A stretch of DNA of 59,109 bases, from NCBI GenBank assembly GCA_024408495.1, contig JAKSUY010000003.1:1-59109 (forward strand), written 5' to 3'. The notes beneath the pieces are model-generated. The model was not told the origin of the DNA and did no database searches. It was given only the letters and a program-made list of their open reading frames with translations. The stretch comes from Bacilli bacterium (GTDB taxonomy: Bacteria > Bacillota_I > Bacilli_A > RFN20 > CAG-826). How positions within the stretch are numbered: the first letter of the stretch is position 1; each line of letters begins with the position of its first letter. Positions 37,931-47,597 of this stretch are shown in pieces. Both the position numbers and the translations under genes were made by a program.

Positions 37931-39124
37931 ATGGCAAGAAATGTAGGAACTATATCTAGAGGCATTCGTTGCCCTATTATTAAACAAGGCGATGATTTAA
38001 GAAAGATTGTGGTTGATGCTGTTTTAACTGCAAGCAAAACCGATAATTTTTCTTTAAAAGATAAAGATGTAATTGCAGTAACCGAATCAGTCGTAGCGCG
38101 CGCTCAAGGAAATTATGCTGGTGTTGATAATATTGCTAGTGATGTAAAAAGAAAATTCGGTGGAGACACTATTGGTGTAATCTTCCCGATTTATTCCCGC
38201 AACCGTTTCTCGGTGTTACTTAAAGGCATTGCGAAAGGTTGTAAAAAAATTATCTTAATGCTCTCCTATCCTAGTGATGAAGTTGGTAATTCCCTACTTA
38301 CTTATGATGAATTAGATGAGAAGGGCGTTAATCCTTATAGCGATGTATTAACGTTAGAGAAATATCGTGAACTATTTGGTTTTAAGAAACATGAATTCAC
38401 CGGTGTTGATTACATTGAATTCTACACTAAGTTAATTGAAGATATGGGCACACAGGTAGAAGTCGTGTTCGCTAACCAAGCAAAGACTATTCTTAAATAT
38501 ACGAAGAAAGTATTAACTTGTGACATTCATACTAGAGCAAGAACTAAGCGTCTACTTAAAGAAGCAGGTGCGGAAATTGTTTTAGGTTTAGATGAACTTA
38601 TGACCGCTAGTGTTAATGGTAGTGGCTATAACAAAAAGTACGGATTGCTTGGAAGCAACAAGGCCACTGAAGATACCGTTAAGTTATTCCCTAGAGACGC
38701 TCAAGATTTAGTAGAAGGCATTCAAGAAGATATTTTAAAGGTTACTAATAAACATGTAGAAGTAATGGTATATGGTGATGGGGCATTTAAAGATCCCCAA
38801 GGTAAGATTTGGGAATTAGCCGATCCAGTGGTATCTCCATTTTATACTTCTAACTTAGTTGGCACTCCTAATGAATTAAAACTTAAATATTTAGCGGATA
38901 ATGATTTTAAAGATTTAAAAGGTGCAGATTTAAAGAATGCTATTTCTGATTCGATTAAAAATAAATCTAAGAACTTAAAAGGCAGCATGGCTACTCAAGG
39001 CACCACTCCAAGACAAATTACGGATTTACTTGGTTCTTTATGTGATTTAACAAGTGGCTCTGGTGATAAAGGGACTCCAATCATATTAGTCCAAGGTTAT
39101 TTTGATAACTATACGAATGATTAA
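37931..39124 (+). CDS. Coenzyme F420-0:L-glutamate ligase-like protein (CofE family, Firmicutes type)
   Basis: GIRCPII..GDDL, VTESVVARAQG, YGDGAFKDP..IWELADP, DLTSGSGDKGTP. Confidence 0.8.
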   Translation: MARNVGTISRGIRCPIIKQGDDLRKIVVDAVLTASKTDNFSLKDKDVIAVTESVVARAQGNYAGVDNIASDVKRKFGGDTIGVIFPIYSRNRFSVLLKGIAKGCKKIILMLSYPSDEVGNSLLTYDELDEKGVNPYSDVLTLEKYRELFGFKKHEFTGVDYIEFYTKLIEDMGTQVEVVFANQAKTILKYTKKVLTCDIHTRARTKRLLKEAGAEIVLGLDELMTASVNGSGYNKKYGLLGSNKATEDTVKLFPRDAQDLVEGIQEDILKVTNKHVEVMVYGDGAFKDPQGKIWELADPVVSPFYTSNLVGTPNELKLKYLADNDFKDLKGADLKNAISDSIKNKSKNLKGSMATQGTTPRQITDLLGSLCDLTSGSGDKGTPIILVQGYFDNYTND

Positions 39125-40511
39125 TAAAAACTTAGCAAAACTGATATTAAACGAAGCGCTAAAAACCGGTGCAGATTTTGCCGAACTTTATATTGAAGAC
39201 ACTACGTCTCATAGTATTAATTACGATAATGGAATCGTTGAAGCGGTTAGTAACACAACTTCTTTAGGCGTTGGATTAAGATTATTAAAAGGCAATCGTA
39301 GTGTTTACGGTTACACAAACGAAATTAACAAAAAGAATTTATTAGATTTAGCGAATAAACTTAATGCTGCATTTAATGAATCACCAATTAAAACTGTCGA
39401 TTCGTTTAAAACAATGAAAGTGAAAGATTTATCTCCGATTGCGGATTCGTATTTCTCTACTCCAATTGAAGAGAAATTAAAGATGTTAGAGTTCGCTCAT
39501 CAAACGATGAAGAATTATTCTCCTTTAATTACGCGCACGATATGCTTAATCGCTGCGAGTAAAAAGAACGTAGAGATTTATAATTCGGACGGCCTACATT
39601 TTAAAGATCATAAAGAAAGGGAGAGAATGATTATTGAAGCGATTGCAAGCGAAGGGGATAAACACGATATTGGTTTTATTGGCCCAGGTGCTAAAGATGG
39701 AATGAACTTCTTCCGTAATTTAGATATCGTTAAATTAGCGAAAGAAGCTGCAGAAGATGCGATTACTTCATTGCACGCGAAAGAATGCCCGGCGGGTAAG
39801 ATGCCTGTAGTAATTGGTAATGGGTTTGGCGGTGTTCTCTTCCATGAATCATGCGGGCATCCATTAGAGGCAAGTTCCGTAGCGCGTAACCTATCGGTCT
39901 TTTCTAATAAGAAAGGTGAAATGATTGCCTCTCCTCTAGTAACTGCTTATGATGATGGAACAATTCCTAATGGTTGGGGAAGCAATAATATTGATGATGA
40001 AGGTAATCTCACTAATAAAACATGTTTAATTAAAAACGGTGTTTTAAATGAATATTTAATTGATAACTTCAATGGTAGAAGAATGAATATGAAAGGCAAT
40101 GGAGCCTGCCGTAGAGAATCTTATAAGTATGAACCGACTAGTAGAATGTCTAACACTTATATTGATAACGGCACTACTCCAGTAGAAGAAATTATTAAGA
40201 ATACTAAATTAGGACTATACGCTAAGAAATTAGGTGGTGGGTCAGTTAATCCGGTTAATGGAGAATTTGAATTCGCCGTTAGTGTTGGCTATATCATTCG
40301 TGATGGCAAAATTGCTGAAAGAGTGAGAGGCGCAACCTTAATTGGTAAAGGCGAAGAAATATTAAAGAACATTGATATGGTTGGTAATGACTTAGAACGT
40401 GCGCAAGGTATATGTGGCGCTAGTAGTGGTAATATCCCAACTGATGTAGGTCAACCAACTATTCGCGTTAAAGAATTAATAGTAGGTGGTAACGGAGGTA
40501 GACTCGTATGA
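39117..40511 (+). CDS. tldD: TldD metalloprotease
   Basis: ADFAELY.E, GVG.R, FHESCGHPLE (HExxxH), DDEG, RMSNT, GICG; start ATG 39117. Confidence 0.93.
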   Translation: MINKNLAKLILNEALKTGADFAELYIEDTTSHSINYDNGIVEAVSNTTSLGVGLRLLKGNRSVYGYTNEINKKNLLDLANKLNAAFNESPIKTVDSFKTMKVKDLSPIADSYFSTPIEEKLKMLEFAHQTMKNYSPLITRTICLIAASKKNVEIYNSDGLHFKDHKERERMIIEAIASEGDKHDIGFIGPGAKDGMNFFRNLDIVKLAKEAAEDAITSLHAKECPAGKMPVVIGNGFGGVLFHESCGHPLEASSVARNLSVFSNKKGEMIASPLVTAYDDGTIPNGWGSNNIDDEGNLTNKTCLIKNGVLNEYLIDNFNGRRMNMKGNGACRRESYKYEPTSRMSNTYIDNGTTPVEEIIKNTKLGLYAKKLGGGSVNPVNGEFEFAVSVGYIIRDGKIAERVRGATLIGKGEEILKNIDMVGNDLERAQGICGASSGNIPTDVGQPTIRVKELIVGGNGGRLV

Positions 40512-41821
40512 ACGTGAATAAATTATTCGCGAAGCTTAACGAGAAAGGCGTTAACGATATTGAATACCGTTATGCTTCATCTTCTTCCTTTAGTTGTGGA
40601 GTGTTCCGTCATGAATTAAGTAATTATTCTGCAAGTACTTCTACTATTATCAACGTTGATGCAGTTATCGACCATAAATTAGCAATGGTCACTACTGAAA
40701 ATACTTCTAACAACAATATTGATAATGTAGTGAATCAATTATTTGAAGCCGCAAAATATACTACTAAGGCGGAAGGCGAAATATATAAAGAGAAAAATAA
40801 ATATCGTCACTATAATCATTTCAACAAAGAATTAATTAATGTTCCTCATCAAAAGAAGATTGATTATCTTTTTGTAATTGAAGAAAAGTTAAAAGCCTTA
40901 GATAAACGGATTGAAGAAGTAGAAGTTGGATACGAAGAAACCTTCGTTCAAAGTTTATTTCAAAACTCGGCGGGTATCCGTTTAAAGAATAAAAGAAATA
41001 GTTATTCCTTCTTCGCTTCAGTAGTGATTAACGATAATAACGAAAAGAAAACTGAATTCTTAGTGTTTACTGATAATGACTTCACTAAATTTAACGTGGA
41101 TAACTTTGTTAAAGAATTATACGAGAAAACTATTAAGAAACTTAATGCAGTTAATATTGAGACTAAGAAATATAAAGCAGTGTTTGACCCTGAAGTAGTG
41201 GATACGCTTCTTGATTTCTATATTGGTCAATTAAACGCAGAAGCGGTATTAAAGAATTCTTCTTGGTTTAAGGATAAATTAAATACACAAGTTGCGAATA
41301 AACGGGTAACTATATTAGAAACACCATTAAAACGTGACCATGACTTTATCGGCGCAGATGTTCAAGGTGTTCCGTGTCAAAATAAAGTCTTAATTAAAAA
41401 AGGCGTGTTACTAACTTATTTACATAATTTAGAGACTGCTAGAAAGTTTAATGTTAATCCTACAGGTAACGCGGCGATTGTTGCATCAAAGATTGGCATT
41501 AGACCAGGCCCAATTCATTTAAAGCCTGGAAGATTAACTAGAGAAGAATTAATCACCAAAGTAGGTAATGGCGTCTATATCACTTCATTAGAAGGATTAC
41601 ATGCGGGCATGAACGCTCAAAGTGGAGACTTTTCTCTTAAAGCAGAAGGATTTGTAATTAAAGATGGCAAATTAGATCGCTTTATTAATATGATGACAGT
41701 CGCATCTAATTTATTTGAGATCTTTAATAACGTAAAAGCAATTAGCCAAAACATTGAGTACATCAAAAATGGTGTGTACGCACCTTGTATCTATATAGAT
41801 AATATTTCAGTATCAGTTTGA
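40508..41821 (+). CDS. pmbA: TldE/PmbA partner subunit
   Basis: ATGA overlap with tldD; GVL.TYLHN, TGNA, GLHAG.N..SGDFSL; lacks HExxxH. Confidence 0.88.
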   Translation: MNVNKLFAKLNEKGVNDIEYRYASSSSFSCGVFRHELSNYSASTSTIINVDAVIDHKLAMVTTENTSNNNIDNVVNQLFEAAKYTTKAEGEIYKEKNKYRHYNHFNKELINVPHQKKIDYLFVIEEKLKALDKRIEEVEVGYEETFVQSLFQNSAGIRLKNKRNSYSFFASVVINDNNEKKTEFLVFTDNDFTKFNVDNFVKELYEKTIKKLNAVNIETKKYKAVFDPEVVDTLLDFYIGQLNAEAVLKNSSWFKDKLNTQVANKRVTILETPLKRDHDFIGADVQGVPCQNKVLIKKGVLLTYLHNLETARKFNVNPTGNAAIVASKIGIRPGPIHLKPGRLTREELITKVGNGVYITSLEGLHAGMNAQSGDFSLKAEGFVIKDGKLDRFINMMTVASNLFEIFNNVKAISQNIEYIKNGVYAPCIYIDNISVSV

Positions 41822-42007
41822 TACACATTCAACCCATTTACGGAATTGAATAAATAAAAAATACGATAAATACTAGCATTTAAGTACCTAAATAATAATG
41901 ATTTCTTCTTCATCTTTGCTTTTATATTTACACTAACTAAAAAGAACAACCATTATTTCCACAAAGACACCTAATCATATATAATAAATTTATCAGAGGT
42001 TTCATAT

Positions 42008-42961
42008 ATGAAAAAATTAGGTTTATTAATAATGCCAGCTATGGCGCTCTTTCTTTTAGCGAGTTGCAACAAAGAGCAAAAAGTCGTTGAGTATCTTGAA
42101 CTTTACGATAAGGCAACGTATTACCTGTATGATACGTTGGCAATGCAATCCATTCGTGAATACGATGAGCAGCACCGCATCGTGACGAAAGAGGAAAACA
42201 CATTTTATGATTATGACGGCGATGAAAAATTAATCAGTTATAAAGATGTTAAAACGATTAAATATGACAATCATAACAACCCGACATCTACAAAAGTTAC
42301 TAGATTTACAGGCGATAGCTCAACTATTATCACTAATTTAACTTATACCTATGCATATGACGATGCTAATAATATAACCAATTACGTTGAAGAAGGAACT
42401 GATACTAGCGGAGAAGTTCATTATCGCGAGACTGCAACTTATGATGACCATAACCGACCGCTAAAAAGAGAATACTACGGATATGATGAGTCATATTATG
42501 TAAGTTCATACGATGAATATACTTATGATACAGAGCATCTTGATTATCAAACTTTAAAACATTATGAGAAAAAAAGCGTTGATTTTGTTCTCGAATATAC
42601 ATTCCAAAATAGTTTTGATGAACAAGGCCGTATCTTTTACTCGACAATTGTAGATAGTAATCAATATAAAGGAGAAATTATTTATAATTTTGATGAACAT
42701 GGATGTTTAACTGATAGATCTTTATATTTATGTGAAGAAGAAGATAGTAAGATTATTTATCAGACGTATCGAGCGGTTTACTATCAAAACAATCCTAAGA
42801 AACCATCTTATGAATTGTTGTTCTCCGCTGAAGAAGATTTGCCGACTTATACCATTTTTAATATTTATGATGAATACCTTCGTTGCGCTAAACGTACAAT
42901 AATTGTTGGTTTAGACACTGTCGAAATTGTATACACTTACAATTCGCTAATTGAAAAATAA
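42008..42961 (+). CDS. Lipoprotein with YD/RHS-like beta-hairpin repeats
   Basis: Lipobox LLASC; repeated (Y/F)D.xGR/N motifs about every 30 aa; promoter TTCCAC-17-TATAAT and SD GAGG upstream. Confidence 0.7.
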   Translation: MKKLGLLIMPAMALFLLASCNKEQKVVEYLELYDKATYYLYDTLAMQSIREYDEQHRIVTKEENTFYDYDGDEKLISYKDVKTIKYDNHNNPTSTKVTRFTGDSSTIITNLTYTYAYDDANNITNYVEEGTDTSGEVHYRETATYDDHNRPLKREYYGYDESYYVSSYDEYTYDTEHLDYQTLKHYEKKSVDFVLEYTFQNSFDEQGRIFYSTIVDSNQYKGEIIYNFDEHGCLTDRSLYLCEEEDSKIIYQTYRAVYYQNNPKKPSYELLFSAEEDLPTYTIFNIYDEYLRCAKRTIIVGLDTVEIVYTYNSLIEK

Positions 42962-42973
42962 TAGGAGCACAGT

Positions 42974-44014
42974 ATGAAAAAGAAAATTGTTATTATCCTA
43001 CCTATTATCTTATCTCTATTTAGTTGCCACAATAATCATACTGTTAATTTGACGATTAATAGTGGAGCGGGTGTCTTTGGTAATTTACAAATTGAAAGGA
43101 CTTACCAAGTACCAGCCGGTTCTCGTTTATCAGACTTGACTGTTGATCTGCCTAGAACATTTTTTGATATTAGCGGGGCAGATGACATTCCAGCTGCTTT
43201 ACCAGTTAAGTGGCAAACAGAAAATAAGACGGTTGACTACGACTATGTTATTAATCGTGATACTACGATGACCGCTCTATATTTTCATTCAATAGAAGAA
43301 GCGAAGTCGTTTTGTTATGGCGATATCTTGCAACATTATTTTAATGCTTTTCCTGATGCATCGCATACATGGGATGCTGAAATCATCAAGTCGTTTGCAC
43401 AAATTAAACCTTTTGTTAATGCATCCGAAAACGAATATCAACTATTAGCCATTAGCTTGGCAACTGTTTCTGGTGATATGGGAGCGTGCAAACGACTAGC
43501 TATGAATAATAAAGGCGATGTTTTTAATACGCTTGGAGCTTTACGTCAAGCAGTATATGGTATTGAATTAAAGGCTAAGAATCAATTATCGGTAGGCATT
43601 AGTAAAGCTTTTGCAGCCCTCTTTGATGCAATTGGAGAAATATTTAATCCTAGCGCAACAAAAGAAGTGGAATGGCTAAACGGTTTTATTGATTCAATGG
43701 TTAGATGCACTGAATCTCTTCCAGCAGTTTGCTATTATGGTTTAGGAGCATGTGCTCAAGGCTATATTGGTTCTGTAAAACGACGTATGCTGATGAGCGC
43801 AGATGAAGCACTATCTAAATTGAGTATGCTATTCGAAATCTATGTGGATGGTTTTATGCGGTGTAAATTACCTAATCAGGCTGCTTCAATTGGAAAATTT
43901 GGTGCCGCTGTTATGGATGCTGCTGGAGAAAATTATCCTACTAAATTTGATGAATTTGTTGCTTTATCCAAACAAAAAATAGAAGCAATCTTAAGGGAAG
44001 GAGATAATTTATGA
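42974..44014 (+). CDS. Lipoprotein: InlB B-repeat-like domain plus helical repeat domain
   Basis: Lipobox LFSC; VNLTIN...W...DTTMTALY domain; about five helical repeats; SD AGGAG. Confidence 0.65.
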   Translation: MKKKIVIILPIILSLFSCHNNHTVNLTINSGAGVFGNLQIERTYQVPAGSRLSDLTVDLPRTFFDISGADDIPAALPVKWQTENKTVDYDYVINRDTTMTALYFHSIEEAKSFCYGDILQHYFNAFPDASHTWDAEIIKSFAQIKPFVNASENEYQLLAISLATVSGDMGACKRLAMNNKGDVFNTLGALRQAVYGIELKAKNQLSVGISKAFAALFDAIGEIFNPSATKEVEWLNGFIDSMVRCTESLPAVCYYGLGACAQGYIGSVKRRMLMSADEALSKLSMLFEIYVDGFMRCKLPNQAASIGKFGAAVMDAAGENYPTKFDEFVALSKQKIEAILREGDNL

Positions 44015-45069
44015 AGGGTTATTTTAAATTTTGTTTACCATTTTTAATCGCTGGTAGTTCATTAATTAGTTGTGGAAACAGTGCAATTAAAATCACTTTG
44101 AATGCTGGCCTTGGTTATTTTGTCGACCCCGCTGAATTCGCGATTGAAGCAAGCCCCTCCAATTCGGTTGCATATGTCGAAAAAACATTTATTGTTAGTG
44201 AAGGTACTTCGTTTAAAAATTTTAACTACCCATTACCATCACTCTGCAATAACTTGCTAGACTTCGAATCTATTTATCAACAACCGCTTTTTTGGACTAA
44301 CGAAAACAATGAGATAGTGAAAGAAACGGATGCATTTAAATCTAACACTACCTTGACAGCGCATTATTGCGCTAGTGTTGATGAAATCAGAAGCGTTGGA
44401 ATGGGTGTGTACACGCAAGCGCTAACTGGAGCACTCAAAAGATGCGTTTTAACAGGCAAATCTACTGAGTGTTTATTAAAATTTTCTAATTTTATGGATT
44501 TCGAATTTGCAAACACCAGTTCTCCGTTTTTTTACCTTTCACTAGGAAAAACTGGTGCAGCAATTTCTGATGCTTTGGGCGAAACACAACAATACGATGC
44601 TTTTGCATCTATTTCTATGTTAATGTTTAATCAAATGTCTACCATTAACGACCATTGTGCAAGTAATTCGGGCACCTTCTTTCAAGCGACTATCGGAGCG
44701 ATAAAGCGTATACTCTTGTATCGACCTGACACCTTTAATTTAGTTGCTTGGGAAAATTATATTCGTAAATCTATATCGGCAATAATTGAGGCTGGACCAA
44801 CCAAAGCTGCATATTTATGTAAATCATTGGCTGCTTTATCCGATGAAATAGGCGAGACGGGCAAAGAAGCAGATCCAATGCAACTCGAACTAAACGATTT
44901 TATATATCAAGCCTTCATCAAGGTCAAAGACGTCCCTCAAGGGTTAGCCATCGGACGAGCGACTTCTGCATTTATTGGACAATTAAAACGAATGCTAATG
45001 AATAACCAAGATGTAGAAAACTTTATTCGAGATTACAAGAATAAAATTAATATCCTACTTACATATTAA
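44011..45069 (+). CDS. Lipoprotein paralog: InlB B-repeat-like domain plus helical repeat domain
   Basis: Lipobox LISC; ITLNAG...W...NTTLTAHY domain; about five helical repeats; ATGA overlap with the preceding gene. Confidence 0.65.
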   Translation: MKGYFKFCLPFLIAGSSLISCGNSAIKITLNAGLGYFVDPAEFAIEASPSNSVAYVEKTFIVSEGTSFKNFNYPLPSLCNNLLDFESIYQQPLFWTNENNEIVKETDAFKSNTTLTAHYCASVDEIRSVGMGVYTQALTGALKRCVLTGKSTECLLKFSNFMDFEFANTSSPFFYLSLGKTGAAISDALGETQQYDAFASISMLMFNQMSTINDHCASNSGTFFQATIGAIKRILLYRPDTFNLVAWENYIRKSISAIIEAGPTKAAYLCKSLAALSDEIGETGKEADPMQLELNDFIYQAFIKVKDVPQGLAIGRATSAFIGQLKRMLMNNQDVENFIRDYKNKINILLTY

Positions 45070-45134
45070 GTAGGCGTTTATTAGATATACATATATACAA
45101 CATTGAAATTGAAAAGAGACTTAATGTTATATAG

Positions 45135-45878
45135 TTATTTCTTTTTGGTGTTTTTGGATTTATTCTGCGCTTGAAGTTCAGCTAAGATACCTTTTAATAA
45201 TTGATGATCGGTTGGTTCAGGAATACCAGGTACCGCTGGAGCAGGTCTCTCTTCAGGATGTTTCTTGTAATATTCTTCCATTGCTTTTGCGTGCATTTCC
45301 GCTCTAGTCTTTTGAAGTTTAGCAAATATTTTAATTATGATAAACAAGACAAGAGCAATTATAATAAAGGAAATAATCGCATTAATGAAAGTTCCCCAAT
45401 CTATAATAGCCGCACCATTAAAAACATATGTTGAACCATGGAGCGTATATTTAGACGTAATCGTGGATAATGCTTGCGCTTCTGTAAGGCCTTGTTCTTG
45501 AACTAATCTATTAACAATATCATTCAAATTAGCAGTCGCGAATTGTTGAATATAAGATCCGCCAATCTTAATACCAGCTTGACTATCTGACATAGCAGGT
45601 AATACAGTAATTAAACCTTTTAAACCACCTGGAACAGTCCAAGTACAAATACTTAAGAAAATATTTGTTAAGGCTGTGACAATTGCTCCAAAAGCACCAC
45701 CGATGACCACACCGATTGACATGTCAACCACATTGCCACGGGTAATGAATTTTTTGAATTCTGCCCAAAGACCGCCAACTTTCTTCTCAGCCTCTTTTTT
45801 CTTTTTTGCCTTTAAAGCTTTTTTATCTAAGACTTCTTCTTTAGCAGCTTGTTCTTTAGCTTCCTTTTTCTTTGCCAT
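45135..45878 (-). CDS. mscL: Large-conductance mechanosensitive channel (extended form)
   Basis: EFKKFITRGNVVDM.IGVVIGGAF, WGTFINAIISF, LL..IL..L. Confidence 0.88.
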   Translation of the reverse strand: MAKKKEAKEQAAKEEVLDKKALKAKKKKEAEKKVGGLWAEFKKFITRGNVVDMSIGVVIGGAFGAIVTALTNIFLSICTWTVPGGLKGLITVLPAMSDSQAGIKIGGSYIQQFATANLNDIVNRLVQEQGLTEAQALSTITSKYTLHGSTYVFNGAAIIDWGTFINAIISFIIIALVLFIIIKIFAKLQKTRAEMHAKAMEEYYKKHPEERPAPAVPGIPEPTDHQLLKGILAELQAQNKSKNTKKK

Positions 45879-45879
45879 A

Positions 45880-47046
45880 TCATTTAACCTCCGTATCTTT
45901 AATATGCCATTCAGGGCGAACTTGATTCACTTTATCAAGCGCGAGTTGATAGAGTTCTTCTTCAACAGCAACTCGACCTGGTAGCGTTCTCTTTAATGCT
46001 TTCTTTACTCTACTCTTCGCATATCTAGCTTCGTGTTCAGAAATATCTAACATAGATGAAATTAACATATATGCTCTTATCGAAGGCATTGATAAATCGT
46101 TACTAATATAACGTCTTTCGTTTTGATCAATATGTGCATCATAATATGTTTTAGCGGTTTGATAATCTTGAGTTAATAAAACAATGAACATCTTTTGCGC
46201 AACTACGGAACAATAGGTCTCTCTAGACAATTTAGCCTTTTCAGCAATCATCTTATCTAATAAGACCGAAGCATCTTGGTAGTTCTTATTCTTTAAATGT
46301 TTATAGACCGTGTATAAATTAATCGAACAAGTAAAGTTATTAATTTCATCAAATACTTTCATATCCGCTAATTCTTGATTCTCAGCATATGCACATTCAA
46401 TTCTCATTAATTCATTAAAGGCTTTAACATTTTCTTTTTTGCTTAGAAGCGTTAAACGATAACCATCAGTAGTGGTATCTAATTTAGCAGGGAATATATT
46501 ATAAAGAGTTAACATGCCACCAATTGTGACAAAAAGAATCGACATAATGTTAACCAAGAGCATAGCTCTATGAGATGCTGGCCCATAATCACCTGCAATT
46601 TGACTGGTAAAAACATTAAATAGCACCATTAAGATAACTACTTCAGCTACATAAAAGATTAACGGCATTAATGAATACCAACGAGGAGATGCGTCTTCAT
46701 TAACTGGAGCTATTCTAGTTTCACCAGTTAAACCATCAAAATTAGAAAACTTAACTTTCCACTTATTGCCTTTTTTATAAAAGCAAAGACCAAGCATGTT
46801 AACCGAAAAATACTTATAGCCGCTTACTTTAGCGCCCACCATATGCCCTAATTCAATTAAAACAACATTAACAATAATTCCAGCAATAACAAATAACAAA
46901 GCAAAACCTATTTTTTGCCCTCGATCATCCCCTCCGGTAAAAGTTAAATTGCCCATTAGGGGTCCAACAACATATAAGCCTATCATGACTGCAACAACAA
47001 TCATTAGGGCGTATACTAATAAACTAATAACATCTTCTCTTTTCAT
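45880..47046 (-). CDS. Site-2-protease (M50)-like membrane protein with degenerate zinc motif and helical C-terminus
   Basis: IELGH in place of HELGH; NIFP...TDG motif; four TMs. Confidence 0.6.
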   Translation of the reverse strand: MKREDVISLLVYALMIVVAVMIGLYVVGPLMGNLTFTGGDDRGQKIGFALLFVIAGIIVNVVLIELGHMVGAKVSGYKYFSVNMLGLCFYKKGNKWKVKFSNFDGLTGETRIAPVNEDASPRWYSLMPLIFYVAEVVILMVLFNVFTSQIAGDYGPASHRAMLLVNIMSILFVTIGGMLTLYNIFPAKLDTTTDGYRLTLLSKKENVKAFNELMRIECAYAENQELADMKVFDEINNFTCSINLYTVYKHLKNKNYQDASVLLDKMIAEKAKLSRETYCSVVAQKMFIVLLTQDYQTAKTYYDAHIDQNERRYISNDLSMPSIRAYMLISSMLDISEHEARYAKSRVKKALKRTLPGRVAVEEELYQLALDKVNQVRPEWHIKDTEVK

Positions 47047-47597
47047 ACTTTCCTTCCTTTTTTATTTTGTTTATTTACGCATATTAAGTCTAATACACCA
47101 TCGAACGTTTTAGAAATATTTTCTTCAATTGCTGGGATTGACAGTTCCAACGGATTAGACAATAAACGGGATATTTCTCGAGATAAAGAATCGCTCATAA
47201 GCTTAGCGACTTCACTAATATCATTCTTCTCTAAAGTATAACCATATTGAGCTTCAATAAACCCTCTTCCTTTGTGATAAAGGTTATTAAAGAAGAAGGT
47301 TTCTACTGCATTACTAGCCTTGCTCTTAAGAGTTTTTAAAATCAACTGGCGGTTGCCTCTTGCATACATTAAAATCGCATGCACTAGTTCTGGCCAGGTT
47401 TTAGCTTTTTCTAAACCTTCAATCTTTTCATTAAGAAAATAGTCATTTAAAACATCTTCGATATCCGTGTAGTGATAATAAAAGATCTGTCGGTTAATCC
47501 CAGCTTCCTTGCAAAGTTTTTGCACAGTAATATCGCTTAAAGAATTCGCTTCTAATAAATGTTTGAGAGTATCTTTAATTAGTGTTTGCTTATTCAT
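47043..47597 (-). CDS. TetR/AcrR-family transcriptional regulator
   Basis: ITVQKLCKEAGINRQIFYYHYTD HTH. Confidence 0.9.
   Translation of the reverse strand: MNKQTLIKDTLKHLLEANSLSDITVQKLCKEAGINRQIFYYHYTDIEDVLNDYFLNEKIEGLEKAKTWPELVHAILMYARGNRQLILKTLKSKASNAVETFFFNNLYHKGRGFIEAQYGYTLEKNDISEVAKLMSDSLSREISRLLSNPLELSIPAIEENISKTFDGVLDLICVNKQNKKGRKV

Noticed and set aside
41796-41913. Possible ~40-aa minus-strand ORF (MKKKSLLFRY...) after pmbA
   Set aside because: No convincing SD, overlaps the pmbA 3' end, and has no recognisable features.
42008-42961. Rhs polymorphic toxin with downstream immunity genes
   Set aside because: No Rhs core (PxxxxDPxG) or toxin tip; the protein is a short lipoprotein, and the downstream genes are larger lipoproteins.
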